In this document: piece after piece, positions 7,936-17,656 of the stretch
How positions within the stretch are numbered: position 1 is the first letter of the stretch
How the letters are laid out: each line of letters starts with the position of its first letter
Assembly (NCBI GenBank): GCA_947453375.1
Contig: CANGGT010000003.1
Location: 1-55,987 of the forward strand
DNA length: 55,987 nucleotides
From: Planctomycetaceae bacterium
GTDB lineage: Bacteria > Planctomycetota > Planctomycetia > Pirellulales > UBA1268
Reading direction: 5' to 3'
Made by a program: the position numbers and the translations under genes
Notes under the pieces: model-generated
What the model saw: the letters and a program-made list of their open reading frames with translations, nothing else
Told to the model about the DNA's origin: nothing
The model's database searches: none

Positions 7936-9267
7936 ATGGACGGTACGGCGGGTCGCCGGTTTGCGGCGGCGGGATCGATGGCGATGTCGGCGGCTTGGGC
8001 GCCGAGTATGGCCTTGGCCTCTGCCCTGGGCTGGACGCTTCTCGGCGGGCCCGCGGTGGCCTGGCAGGGAGCGGCTCCGGCTGTGGCGCCCGCAACTCCC
8101 GCGGCCGCGGCGCCGGCCGCAGGAGGCGCTGCGCCCGCCGAGGGGGCTGTTGTCGAGGTCGATGTCGTCGAAGTGGCTGTCATCGAGGCCCCGCCGGCGC
8201 CGCCGGAGCTCGTCGAGGCGGTGAAGAAGGCGGAGCTTGCCACGATCGAAGCCTTCAACAAAGGGGACGCCGAGGCCCTCGCCGCGCTCTTCGCCGAGAA
8301 GGGGGAGCTCGTCGACGAGAATGGCAACGTCTTTGCCGGCCGCGAGCAAATCACCGGCCTTTTCAAGGCCTTTTTCGAGCGATTCCCCAAGGCCCAGCTC
8401 CAAATGGAGGTGACGGGGGTGCGGACCGTCGGCGAGAGCCTCGCGATCGAGGAGGGGGTGCGGTTGATCACCGTTCCCGACACCGACGTCGCCGCGCAGG
8501 TCCGGTATGCGGCTGTCCGCGACAAGGTGGGGGATTCGTGGCCGATCGCCTCCTACAGCGAGTTTGCCGACGATCCGCCGCCGACGCCGGCCGAGATGCT
8601 CTCCGCCGTGTCGTTCCTCGTCGGCGACTGGATCGACGAGAGCCCCGAGGGGAAGACCACGATCAGCTACCGCTGGGAGGATGAAGGAAATTTCCTCCTC
8701 GGCGACTACACCCTCGCCGTTGCCGGCATGCCCGAATCGCGGAGCCATCAGCGGATCGGCTGGGATCCGCTCGAGGGAGTGATCCGCAGTTGGACGTTCG
8801 ACTCCGACGGCGGCTACAGCACTGGCGAATGGGTACCGACGGAAGCCGGCTGGGTGATCAAGTCGGACGCCACGATGCCCGATGGCACGACCGGCTCGGC
8901 CACCGTGACGGTGACCCCGACCGACGGCGATCACTTCATCGTCCGCTCGAGCGACCGGATCATCGGCGGCGTCGACGAGCCGGAGTTTGAATTGACCGTG
9001 GCCCGCCGGCCGCCGCAGCCCGAAGCAGCGCTTCCGGGCAGCGAAGCGAAGCCAGCGGCTCCCCCGGCCGCTGAAGCGCCGAAGGCAAGTCCGGCGCCGG
9101 CAGTGCCCCCAGCCGCTGCGAAGCCGGCCGCTGGGCCCGCAACCCCGGCTGTCAAGATCGTGCCGGCCGCGCCGGCAGCCCCGGCCGCCGGCGTCAGGCC
9201 CGCGGTTCCCGGTGTGCCCGCCGTGCCGGCGACGCCGGTCGTCCCCGGCAAGCCGCTGGCGAAGTAA
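7936..9267 (+). CDS. Secreted NTF2/SnoaL-like (SgcJ/EcaC, DUF4440-type) protein with Pro/Ala-rich tails
   Basis: AFNKGDAEALAALF...GREQI (NTF2-like); second domain FLVGDW...IGWDP...RSWTFDSDGG, typical of planctomycete members. Start uncertain (7936-7984). Confidence 0.75.
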   Translation: MDGTAGRRFAAAGSMAMSAAWAPSMALASALGWTLLGGPAVAWQGAAPAVAPATPAAAAPAAGGAAPAEGAVVEVDVVEVAVIEAPPAPPELVEAVKKAELATIEAFNKGDAEALAALFAEKGELVDENGNVFAGREQITGLFKAFFERFPKAQLQMEVTGVRTVGESLAIEEGVRLITVPDTDVAAQVRYAAVRDKVGDSWPIASYSEFADDPPPTPAEMLSAVSFLVGDWIDESPEGKTTISYRWEDEGNFLLGDYTLAVAGMPESRSHQRIGWDPLEGVIRSWTFDSDGGYSTGEWVPTEAGWVIKSDATMPDGTTGSATVTVTPTDGDHFIVRSSDRIIGGVDEPEFELTVARRPPQPEAALPGSEAKPAAPPAAEAPKASPAPAVPPAAAKPAAGPATPAVKIVPAAPAAPAAGVRPAVPGVPAVPATPVVPGKPLAK

Positions 9268-9478
9268 GTCGTTGCCCGTGTGGCGTGGCCGGTGACCGTC
9301 GGTCGCCGGCTACGCCACGAGGTCGGCTCGAGGGAAGTGATTCGGCGCGACCGAACCAAATCCCCGCGAGTCACGAAGAGTTTCCCCGCTTGTCGCGTGG
9401 CCCTGCCGAGGGCTCCCGCGGCGCAACTTCCCCCGAATCATCCCGGGATTTCATCCCAACTTCAAAGGTGCCTTTCGA

Positions 9479-12400
9479 ATGCGCGCGATGCTTGCGTGTG
9501 CCTGTGCGGTGCTCCTCGTGGCGGCGATCCCGCTCGTGGTCGAAGGCGGGCCGCCGATGGGGAGAGTGGGGGGGGGCGGTGCCCGTTCGGCCGCTCCCGC
9601 GGGCCGGCCGCAGATGTCGCGGCCTGCTCCGCAGATGCAGCGGCCGCAGATGAACATGCAGCGACCCAACATGGGCCAGCAGATGTCGCGGCCTGCTCCG
9701 CAGATGCAGCGGCCACAGATGAACATGCAGCGGCCCAACATGGGGCAGCAGATGTCGCGGCCTGCTCCGCAGATGCAGCGGCCACAGATGCCGCAGATGT
9801 CGCGGCCGAGCCCGCAGATGAACATGCAGCGGCCGAACATGGGGCAGGCGATGAATCGCCCGGCCCCCGGCGGCATGCAGGGCATGCAAGGGATGCAGCG
9901 CCCCGCCGCGCAGCCCAACTTCCAACGCCCTGGCATGGGGACGAACATGGCCCGCCCCTCGTTTCCGAGCGCCGCCAACCGTCCGGCCCCGCAGATCGGC
10001 CAACTCGGTGGCGGGGTCAGCCGGCCTGGCATGGGCGGCGTCGGCGGCGCCGGCATGACGCGGCCTTCCCCGCAGCCGGGGAATCTCGGCGGCCTCACGC
10101 GCCCCTCGCCCCAGCCTGGGAATCTCGGCGGCGGGAATCGGCCCGGTGGTCTGGGTGGGGGCGCTTCCGGATTGCCGGGCCAGCTCGGTGGGCGCCCGGG
10201 TGGGCTTGGCGGTGCGACGACGCTTCCCGGCCAGCTTGGCGGCGGCTCGGCGAGCCGTCCCGGTGGCGGCTTTGCCAATCGGCCCGCTCCGTCGTTCCGC
10301 CCCGGCCAGATCGGTGGCGCCGGGCAAGGAGCCGGTGGCCTGGGGGGCAATCGACCCGGTGGGCTCGGCGGAGCGACGACGCTGCCTGGGCAGATCGGCC
10401 CTGGGGCCGGTGGGAATCGTCCCGGCGGACTCGGCGGTGGGAATGGCCCCGGCGGCGCGACAACCCTTCCAGGGCAGATCGGTGGCGGCAATCGTCCCGG
10501 TGGGATTGGCGGCGGTGGTCTCGGCGGGGGCAATCGGCCGAGCCTGGGGGGGATCTCGACGAAGCCCTCTTTCCCGCAGCCCGGCGGCGGCGTTGGCCCC
10601 AATCGACCCGGTCCCGGTGGCGCGACGACGCTCCCCGGCCAGATCGGTGGCGGTGGGAATCGCCCTGGCGGAATCGGCGGCGGCAATCGTCCAACCGGCC
10701 CCGGCGGCGCGACGACGCTTCCCGGCCAGATCGGCGGCGGCAATCGACCCGGCGGAATTGGCGGCGGCAATCGTCCGACCGGCCCCGGCGGTGTGACGAC
10801 GCTCCCCGGTCAGGTCGGTGGTGGTGGGAATCGCCCTGGCGGAATCGGCGGCGGCAATCGTCCGGGGATCGGCGGCAATCGTCCCGGTGAAGGAGGCTTG
10901 GGTGGCGGCGGGAATCGCCCCGGCATCGGTGGCGGCAATCGCCCGAACGATCCGAACCAGATTGGCACCACCAAGCCCTGGCCACCCGGTGGCCGGCCCG
11001 GCGAAGGGGGCTGGAATCAGGGGGGGCGTCCCGGCATCGGTGGCAACCGGCCAGGTGGCTGGAATGGCAACCGGCCTGGGGAGTGGAATGGGAATCGGCC
11101 CGGCGAGTGGAACGGCAACCGGCCGAACTGGAACAACCGCCCCGGCTACAACGGCAACAACAACAACATCGGGAACAACGTCAACAACAACAACTTCAAC
11201 AACTACGGCGGTGGTGGTTGGGGGGGCGGCTACGGCGGCGGCTACTACGGTGGTGGCTACAACAACGGTTGGAACAACGGCTGGAGCAACTGGGGCGCGT
11301 TTGGCGTCGGCGCCGGCGTCGGGGCCCTGGCCGGATGGGGCCTTGGCAATTCGTGGGGCTATGGTGGCTACGGCGGATACGGCGGTGGCTACGGCGGCTA
11401 TGCCAACGCCTGGAACACCGGCTACGTCAATCCCTACTACGACAACTGGTACAACGGCTGCTGGGGAAATGGGTGGGCCTCGCCGGTCGCTTTCGGCGCG
11501 GCGACGCTCGGGATGTCGTCGATGGTCAGCTCGTGGGGGCTGGGCTCGAGTTCACTCGGGTATGCCACCACCTACGCCAATCCCTATTACGCCGCCGAGA
11601 CGGCGACGGTGGCGTCGGCCTCCCCCTACGACTACTCCCAGCCGATCGTCGTGAACAACTACATCACGAGCGACGGCGGGAATGCCACGAACTCCGCGCA
11701 AGGGGGCGACGGTCAAGGGGGCGACGGCGGGGCCGGCACGGCCGCGGCCCAGGTCACCCCGGCTCAGGCCGCGGCCAATAAGGCCCTCGACGAGGCGCTT
11801 GGGAAGTTCAAGCAGGGGGATTATCCAGGCTCCCTTGCGAGCATCGATTCTGCGGTGAAGTCATCGCCCAGCGACACCGTGCTCCATGAGGTGCGGGCGC
11901 TTGCGCTCTTTGCGCTCGGGCGCTACACGGAAGCGGCGGCGACGCTCAATGCGATTCTCGCCGTGGCGCCGGGGATGGACTGGACGACGATGAGCGGGCT
12001 CTATGGCTCCGTCGACACCTACACCGGTCAGCTGCGGAAGCTCGAAGACTTCTGCCGCTCGAATCCCGGCAGTGCTGCTGGGCACTTTGTCTTGGCCTAT
12101 CACTACCTCGTCGGCGGCCATGCCGATCTTGCTGCGGAAGCGCTGAAGGTGGTGGTGGCGAAGCAGCCGGGCGACGTCGTCTCCAAGCGATTGCTTGAAT
12201 CGCTCGAGCCGCCGGCGGCGCCGAAGGCGGAGGAGCTTGCCGCTCCGGCGGAGGCTCCCAAGCCGGCCGCCGTGCCGGCTGCGAATCAGCCAGCGGCTCA
12301 ACCGCCTGCCGAGGCACCTGCCGAGGCCGAGCCGGCCGGCCCGGAGACTGATCTCGTCGGCACCTGGAAGGCCACCGAAGGGAAAAACTCCGTCACCCTC

Positions 12401-12628
12401 ACGATCGGCGAGGATTCGTCTTTCACCTGGAAGGCAGAGCCGGAAGGAAAGCCGGCGATCGAGCTGAAGGGAACGCTCGACAGCAACGCCGATCAGATTG
12501 CCCTCCAGACGGAGGCCCAGGGAACGATGGTCGCCAACGTGCAGTCGAAGGGACCGGATGCTTTCAACTTCCTCGTCGAAGGGGCCCCGAAGGACGCCAA
12601 GCCGCTCCAGTTCGCCAGGCAGAAATAA
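9479..12628 (+). CDS. Secreted Gly-rich low-complexity repeat protein with TPR-like and C-terminal beta domain (planctomycete 'mu-protocadherin-like' surface protein)
   Basis: Signal peptide; Q/M/P, G/N/R/P and G/Y/W/N-rich blocks; YANPYY...YDYSQPI motif; TPR-like LHEVRALALFALGRY...HFVLAYHYL; C-terminal LVGTWKA beta domain. Confidence 0.85.
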   Translation: MRAMLACACAVLLVAAIPLVVEGGPPMGRVGGGGARSAAPAGRPQMSRPAPQMQRPQMNMQRPNMGQQMSRPAPQMQRPQMNMQRPNMGQQMSRPAPQMQRPQMPQMSRPSPQMNMQRPNMGQAMNRPAPGGMQGMQGMQRPAAQPNFQRPGMGTNMARPSFPSAANRPAPQIGQLGGGVSRPGMGGVGGAGMTRPSPQPGNLGGLTRPSPQPGNLGGGNRPGGLGGGASGLPGQLGGRPGGLGGATTLPGQLGGGSASRPGGGFANRPAPSFRPGQIGGAGQGAGGLGGNRPGGLGGATTLPGQIGPGAGGNRPGGLGGGNGPGGATTLPGQIGGGNRPGGIGGGGLGGGNRPSLGGISTKPSFPQPGGGVGPNRPGPGGATTLPGQIGGGGNRPGGIGGGNRPTGPGGATTLPGQIGGGNRPGGIGGGNRPTGPGGVTTLPGQVGGGGNRPGGIGGGNRPGIGGNRPGEGGLGGGGNRPGIGGGNRPNDPNQIGTTKPWPPGGRPGEGGWNQGGRPGIGGNRPGGWNGNRPGEWNGNRPGEWNGNRPNWNNRPGYNGNNNNIGNNVNNNNFNNYGGGGWGGGYGGGYYGGGYNNGWNNGWSNWGAFGVGAGVGALAGWGLGNSWGYGGYGGYGGGYGGYANAWNTGYVNPYYDNWYNGCWGNGWASPVAFGAATLGMSSMVSSWGLGSSSLGYATTYANPYYAAETATVASASPYDYSQPIVVNNYITSDGGNATNSAQGGDGQGGDGGAGTAAAQVTPAQAAANKALDEALGKFKQGDYPGSLASIDSAVKSSPSDTVLHEVRALALFALGRYTEAAATLNAILAVAPGMDWTTMSGLYGSVDTYTGQLRKLEDFCRSNPGSAAGHFVLAYHYLVGGHADLAAEALKVVVAKQPGDVVSKRLLESLEPPAAPKAEELAAPAEAPKPAAVPAANQPAAQPPAEAPAEAEPAGPETDLVGTWKATEGKNSVTLTIGEDSSFTWKAEPEGKPAIELKGTLDSNADQIALQTEAQGTMVANVQSKGPDAFNFLVEGAPKDAKPLQFARQK
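9611..9846 (+). repeat. 69-nt (23-aa) coding tandem repeat QMSRPAPQMQRPQMNMQRPNMGQ
   Basis: Units start at 9611, 9680 and 9749 and then degenerate. Confidence 0.85.
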
Positions 12629-12660
12629 ACAGGGGGCACCTCCAGTCCCAACCGGCCCTC

Positions 12661-12708
12661 AAAGCCCCTGCCGGATCACTCTAAATGGGGGTGTCGGCAG
12701 GGGTTTTT
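12661..12708 (+). terminator. Terminator-like hairpin after the Gly-rich protein gene
   Basis: AAAGCCCCTGCCG ... CGGCAGGGGTTTTT stem with T-run. Confidence 0.6.
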
Positions 12709-12792
12709 GGTAGGCCGGGAGGCTTGGGATGTTTGGGTGACCTTGGGCCCCGGGACGGGAAATCAAGATTCTGTGAGTTTAAGGCGAACTGT

Positions 12793-12821
12793 TTGACACG
12801 TCCGGCGATCTCGCATACTTT
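12793..12821 (+). promoter_or_regulatory. Sigma70-type promoter for the PEP-CTERM gene
   Basis: Consensus TTGACA-17 nt-TACTTT in an AT-rich intergenic region. Confidence 0.6.
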
Positions 12822-12906
12822 GCTCCATGTCAGGGCAGGTTTCTGTTGATAGTTTTGATGGAACAAATCTGATTCCAGCGTTTTTTCACCCCAAAAGGGA
12901 TTTTGC

Positions 12907-14205
12907 ATGAAACTCAAGTTCGCTTTTGCACGGAAGGTTGCAGTCGGCCTCATCGCCGTCGGCTCCCTTGCGTGCCTCGCGACTGACACGTTTGCGGCCA
13001 ACCGCACGTGGACGTCGTCGAGCATTTCGGCCTCTTCTTACCGGCAAAAGTGGGGCACCGCCTTCACCAGCAACTGGGCTGGCAACACGGTTCCCACGAC
13101 TGCAGACGTCGCCACCTTTGGCACGAACGCCTTCAATCAGTACGGCGTTCAGGTTCAGGCTGGCACGCAGGTTGGTGGTGTCCGGTTCAACAACACCGGA
13201 ACCAACAGCTACGTCATCAGTGCGTCCACCCTTGGCCTCGGTGCCCAGGGCATCAACAACCAGTCTGGCAGGCAGCAGACGTTTGGTGCGGCTCTCAGCC
13301 TCCTTGCCAACCAGACTTGGTCTGGCGGGTCGGGTGCGAGGATCGTGACCAACAACGTTGAGCTCAATGGAACTCAACTCACGACGTCGACCGACATTGT
13401 CATCAACACGCTTCAGAACACCCCCAGCACCCTCTCGACGGTCACCGTTGCCGGTGGCAATCTTGATGTTGTCGGTGGTGGTCCCAATGAGTACATCAAT
13501 TTCGCCGTGACCTCGGGAAACCTCACGACCTCCGATCCGGGCCAGGGTGCCGGGTTTGATTCGTCGGCGAGCAACCTCGCTGTGAGTGGCTCGGGCACCT
13601 TCAACAATTCCAAGGTTGGTGGCCCCGTCGGGGATACCAACTGGAACTTGGTGACGATGTCCGGCGGTACGATCGACCTGCAGGGTGCCGGTGCCAACCT
13701 GATCACCAACGGCTACACGCAGACCGGTGGTATGATCAAGCAGTACGTCGGTTACGACGCAGGCGGCGGTGGTGCCTTCAGTTCGGCCGTTCAGGCCACG
13801 AACGGTGCTGGCGCTGCGACTGGACCGCTGTCGTACGATGGCACGCTCGATATCGATTTCTCGGGCGCTGGCTCGAACTCCTTCGCCTTCGGCACGACCT
13901 GGAGTCTCTTCCAGGGCGTGAACGCCGGCGGGGCAGCTGCGTCGAACTTCTCGACGGCGCTGCTTGATAACGTCGATCCCTCTAGCCCCTACTACGGGCT
14001 GAGCTTCACTCGTTACGGCACGGAGTGGTTCACCGGCCCTGCCACCGACGGCACGTGGCTCGTGTTCCAGGCCCAGACCGGCAACCTCGTCGTGGTGCCC
14101 GAGCCCTCGACGATCGTCTTCGCCGGCCTCGGCGTTGCGATGTCTGGCTGGACGATGTGGAAGAAGCGTCGCCTCAGCAAGCTCCTTGCTGCCAAGGTTG
14201 GCTGA
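12907..14205 (+). CDS. PEP-CTERM sorting-domain surface protein (beta-rich, G/T/N/S-rich)
   Basis: Signal peptide; C-terminal VVVPEPSTIVFAGLGVAMSGWTMWKKRR (PEP motif, TM helix, basic cluster). Confidence 0.92.
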   Translation: MKLKFAFARKVAVGLIAVGSLACLATDTFAANRTWTSSSISASSYRQKWGTAFTSNWAGNTVPTTADVATFGTNAFNQYGVQVQAGTQVGGVRFNNTGTNSYVISASTLGLGAQGINNQSGRQQTFGAALSLLANQTWSGGSGARIVTNNVELNGTQLTTSTDIVINTLQNTPSTLSTVTVAGGNLDVVGGGPNEYINFAVTSGNLTTSDPGQGAGFDSSASNLAVSGSGTFNNSKVGGPVGDTNWNLVTMSGGTIDLQGAGANLITNGYTQTGGMIKQYVGYDAGGGGAFSSAVQATNGAGAATGPLSYDGTLDIDFSGAGSNSFAFGTTWSLFQGVNAGGAAASNFSTALLDNVDPSSPYYGLSFTRYGTEWFTGPATDGTWLVFQAQTGNLVVVPEPSTIVFAGLGVAMSGWTMWKKRRLSKLLAAKVG

Positions 14206-14257
14206 TTCCATTCCCTTTTGGGTGAATAATCTGGCCTGACACCAGACGAGTGTTTTC

Positions 14258-14301
14258 AAAATCCTGCGGCGGGCGCTTCGGTGCCCGCCGCAGGTTTTTT
14301 T
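14258..14301 (+). terminator. Rho-independent terminator, probably bidirectional
   Basis: 14-bp stem CCTGCGGCGGGCGC-TTCG-GTGCCCGCCGCAGG followed by T7, with an A-run upstream; lies between convergent genes. Confidence 0.92.
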
Positions 14302-14420
14302 ATGCGCGGTTGGCAGCGGCCGCGTGGGAGACGGGTGTGGCGCAGCCACTGGGAGGCAGAGCCAGGCTCTGATTCCTCGACGCTGCATCTCGATCCCGCC
14401 TGCGGGCCTGGAGCAGAGCT

Positions 14421-14864
14421 TCAGGAGGCGGCGTGGCGGTGGAGCAACTCCGCCGGGATGACGTCGAGGGCCGATTCGTGCGTGGCTGCAAGGACCACCG
14501 GCGGGGCATGGCCCGCGCGGGCGGCTTCGAGCCAGCGGAGGGCGCAGAGGCACCAGCGATCGCCGACAACGAGCCCAGGGAAGCCCCACTGCGGCTGCGG
14601 CGTGACGAGATCATTGCCGACCGAGACCGTGAAGGCGAGGAAGTCGGCGGTCATCACGGCGCAGACGGTGTGGGCCCCCGGGTCGGAGGCGACCGATCGG
14701 CAGCAGCCGTCGCGGAGGAAGCCCGTCAGCGGCGCGTGGGAGCAGGCCACGAGCGCCTCCCCGAGAACGTTGCGATCGGGGGAGCGTTCGGCGGCGGCCG
14801 GAGGGCGGTCGAAGGCGATCATCGGTGGCGAGGCCAAAGGGGGCTCGGGCGCGGGGCGTTCCAT
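14421..14864 (-). CDS. DUF2237 family protein
   Basis: NVLGEALVACS..PLTGFLRDGCC...GNDLVTP.P.WGFPGL..GDRWCLCALRW. Start at 14864 or 14822. Confidence 0.9.
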   Translation of the reverse strand: MERPAPEPPLASPPMIAFDRPPAAAERSPDRNVLGEALVACSHAPLTGFLRDGCCRSVASDPGAHTVCAVMTADFLAFTVSVGNDLVTPQPQWGFPGLVVGDRWCLCALRWLEAARAGHAPPVVLAATHESALDVIPAELLHRHAAS

Positions 14865-14977
14865 CGGCGATGGAGCGCCCGTCAGGGCTATGATGCACCC
14901 AAAGCCTGCCGGCGGGCAAGCCGCGGGAGTTGGCGTGGGATCGCAGCGGGATAAATGGCTTCGGCCGGAGGTTAGCG

Positions 14978-15553
14978 ATGCTTTCTTTGGAGGAGCCGAC
15001 ATCGAAACGCTGGCTGGCGCAGGTGGAGGGGCATCTCGGCGAGCTCCTCATCGATCACGCCCACTGCGAGAAGAAGGCAGCTGGCGTGGCGATGAATCTC
15101 CTCTTCTCGTATGTCGATTGCGTGCCTGTGGCGCGGGCGATGACGGAGATCGTCGAGGAGGAGCTGCAACACTTTCGGATGGTGCTCGATCTCCTCGATC
15201 GCCGTGGGATTCCCTTCCGCAAGCTCTCCCCCTCGGGCTACGGCGCCAGGCTCCATGCGCTCGTGCGCCGGGAGGAGCCGGCTCGGGCCGTCGATCGGCT
15301 CCTCGTGGCGGGGCTCATTGAGGCCCGCAGCTGCGAGCGTTTTGCCCTCCTCCGCGACCATGTCGCCGATACCGAGCTCCGCGACTTCTGGGGAGGCTTG
15401 TTTGAGTCGGAGGCCCGCCATCACGCCACCTATGTGCGCTTGGCGAAGGAATTCATGGGGGAAGCGGAGGTGGTGGCCCGGCTGCGGGAGCTTGCCGCCG
15501 CCGAGGCGGCCATCGTGGCCGAGGGAGAATCGCAGCCGCGGATGCACTCCTGA
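14978..15553 (+). CDS. miaE: tRNA-(ms2io6A) hydroxylase
   Basis: DHAHCEKKAA, EELQHF, LIEARSCERF, SEARHH and C-terminal RMHS; GGAGG Shine-Dalgarno before ATG 14978. Confidence 0.95.
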   Translation: MLSLEEPTSKRWLAQVEGHLGELLIDHAHCEKKAAGVAMNLLFSYVDCVPVARAMTEIVEEELQHFRMVLDLLDRRGIPFRKLSPSGYGARLHALVRREEPARAVDRLLVAGLIEARSCERFALLRDHVADTELRDFWGGLFESEARHHATYVRLAKEFMGEAEVVARLRELAAAEAAIVAEGESQPRMHS

Positions 15554-15562
15554 GAAAGTACG

Positions 15563-17647
15563 ATGTCGTCAGGCAAACAAGAAGCGAGCGCTCGCCGGGG
15601 GCAGACGCCCGTTTCAAGTGCCACGTCGACCGAAGAGAGGCCCAAAGCGATGACGAGCGCCTCCCCGAACGCCGCCGTCGCCGGCGCGAAGCCCCCTCCC
15701 GCCAGCGCTGCTGCCGGGCCCTTTCCGATCAACGAGGCGATCGCCATCGGCGTGCTCGGGGCTCTTGCGATCCATGGGCTCCTCCGCTTGTCAGGCGCGG
15801 TCGGAGAGCTGCCGAGCTTGGGGGCGCTGTGGGAACTGCTCCCGGCCTGGCGGCCGCTCCCGCCGACGGTTGCCGATCTCCCTCTCGTGGCGATGCTCCT
15901 GATCGGCGGAGCGATCCTCGTCGCTGGGCTTCTCGGGCAGGTGATGGCGGGGGTTTTCGGGGCCGATCTCCTCGCCGGCGTGGCGATCCTCACGAGTCTC
16001 TTCCTCGGCGAGTGGCTGGCGGGGGTGCTCGTCGTCCTCATGCTCTCCGGGGGGAAGGCGCTCGAGGCCCGGGCGGTGAGCCGGGCGGGAAGCGTGCTTG
16101 CGGCGCTCGCCCGACGGATGCCGACGCTTGCCCATCGCCGCGAAGGAGGGGGAATGGTCGATGTGCCGCTTGCCGAGGTGGCCGTGGGGGATGTCGTCGT
16201 TGTCCTTCCCCACGAGATCTGCCCGGTCGACGGCGAGGTGGTGGCCGGGCACGGGACGATGGACGAGAGCTATCTCACCGGCGAGCCTTGGCAGATGCAG
16301 AAGGCGCCGGGGGTGGCGGTGCTGTCTGGAGCGATCAATGGCCAGGGGGCGCTCGAGGTCCGCGCCGCACACGTGGCGGGCGACAGCCGCTATGCCAGGA
16401 TCGTCGATGTCCTCCGCTCGAGCGAGGAGCACCGCCCCCGCCTCCGCCGGCTCGCCGACTCCCTCGGGGCGATGTACACGCCGCTGGCGCTCGCCGTGGC
16501 CGGCGCAGCGTGGTGGGCCAGCGGCGATGCGACCAGGTTTCTCGCCGTGCTCGTCGTTGCCACCCCCTGCCCGCTCCTGATCGGGATCCCGGTGGCGATC
16601 ATCGGTGCGGTGTCGCTGGCGGCCCGGCGCGGGATCGTCGTTCGCGATCCGGCGATCCTCGAGCGGCTCGCCACCTGCCGGACGGGGATCTTCGACAAGA
16701 CCGGCACGCTCACCTACGGCACGCCCCACCTCACCGAGGTCGTCGCGCTCGGGGGAATCGACCGCGACGAGATCCTCCGGCTCGCCGCGGCCCTCGAGGC
16801 CTATTCAAAGCATCCACTCGCTGCGGCGGTGACGGCGGCCGCGGCCGATCTCGGCGCGGCGCTTCCGGTGGAGGAGGTGTCGGAGCGGCCGGGGCAGGGG
16901 CTCACGGGGCGCGTGGGCCCCGCGGGGGCGACCCGCGAGGTGGCGATCACGAGCCGGATGAAGCTTGCCGCGGTCGCGGGGGGTGCCGACGCGCTGCCGG
17001 CCGCCGCCGGGGGGCTCGAGTGTGTCGTCGTCGTCGACGGCCGGCCGGTCGGCCTGCTCCGCTTCCGCGACCGCCCGCGGAAGGATGGCGCTACGTTCGT
17101 CGAGCATCTCGGGCCGGCTCACGGGCTCAAACGCGTGATGCTCGTGTCGGGCGACCGCGAGAGCGAGGTGAAGTGGCTCGCGGAGCACGTCGGGATCACG
17201 GAGGTCCACGCCGGCATCTCACCGGAGGGGAAGCTACGGATCGTGGAGGAGGCGACCAGGGAAGCGCCGACGCTGTTTGTCGGCGATGGGATCAACGACG
17301 CACCGGCGCTCGCGGCGGCCACCGTCGGGATCGCGATGGGGACAGCCAACGACGTGACCGGTGAGGCCGCCGGCGCCGTCGTCATGGATTCGGCGCTCGA
17401 ACGTGTCGATGAGCTCTTCCACATCGGCAAGCGCCTCCGCTCAATCGCGCTGCAAAGCGCCGTCGGCGGCATGGCCGCGAGCCTCGTGGGGATGGGATTC
17501 GCAGCCGCTGGGCTCCTCTCGCCGGCGGCCGGGGCGCTCGTCCAGGAGGCGATCGATGTCATCGCCGTCCTCAATGCCCTCCGCGTGGCGAGCGACAACG
17601 GAAAGCTCACCGACTACGGCGACGGTCCAGGCCGCCGCGGCGACTGA
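15563..17647 (+). CDS. Heavy-metal P1B-type ATPase (P1B-5-like)
   Basis: [30 protein letters not shown] and QEAID. Start may be 15650. Confidence 0.92.
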   Translation: MSSGKQEASARRGQTPVSSATSTEERPKAMTSASPNAAVAGAKPPPASAAAGPFPINEAIAIGVLGALAIHGLLRLSGAVGELPSLGALWELLPAWRPLPPTVADLPLVAMLLIGGAILVAGLLGQVMAGVFGADLLAGVAILTSLFLGEWLAGVLVVLMLSGGKALEARAVSRAGSVLAALARRMPTLAHRREGGGMVDVPLAEVAVGDVVVVLPHEICPVDGEVVAGHGTMDESYLTGEPWQMQKAPGVAVLSGAINGQGALEVRAAHVAGDSRYARIVDVLRSSEEHRPRLRRLADSLGAMYTPLALAVAGAAWWASGDATRFLAVLVVATPCPLLIGIPVAIIGAVSLAARRGIVVRDPAILERLATCRTGIFDKTGTLTYGTPHLTEVVALGGIDRDEILRLAAALEAYSKHPLAAAVTAAAADLGAALPVEEVSERPGQGLTGRVGPAGATREVAITSRMKLAAVAGGADALPAAAGGLECVVVVDGRPVGLLRFRDRPRKDGATFVEHLGPAHGLKRVMLVSGDRESEVKWLAEHVGITEVHAGISPEGKLRIVEEATREAPTLFVGDGINDAPALAAATVGIAMGTANDVTGEAAGAVVMDSALERVDELFHIGKRLRSIALQSAVGGMAASLVGMGFAAAGLLSPAAGALVQEAIDVIAVLNALRVASDNGKLTDYGDGPGRRGD

Positions 17648-17656
17648 CGCGCGGCG

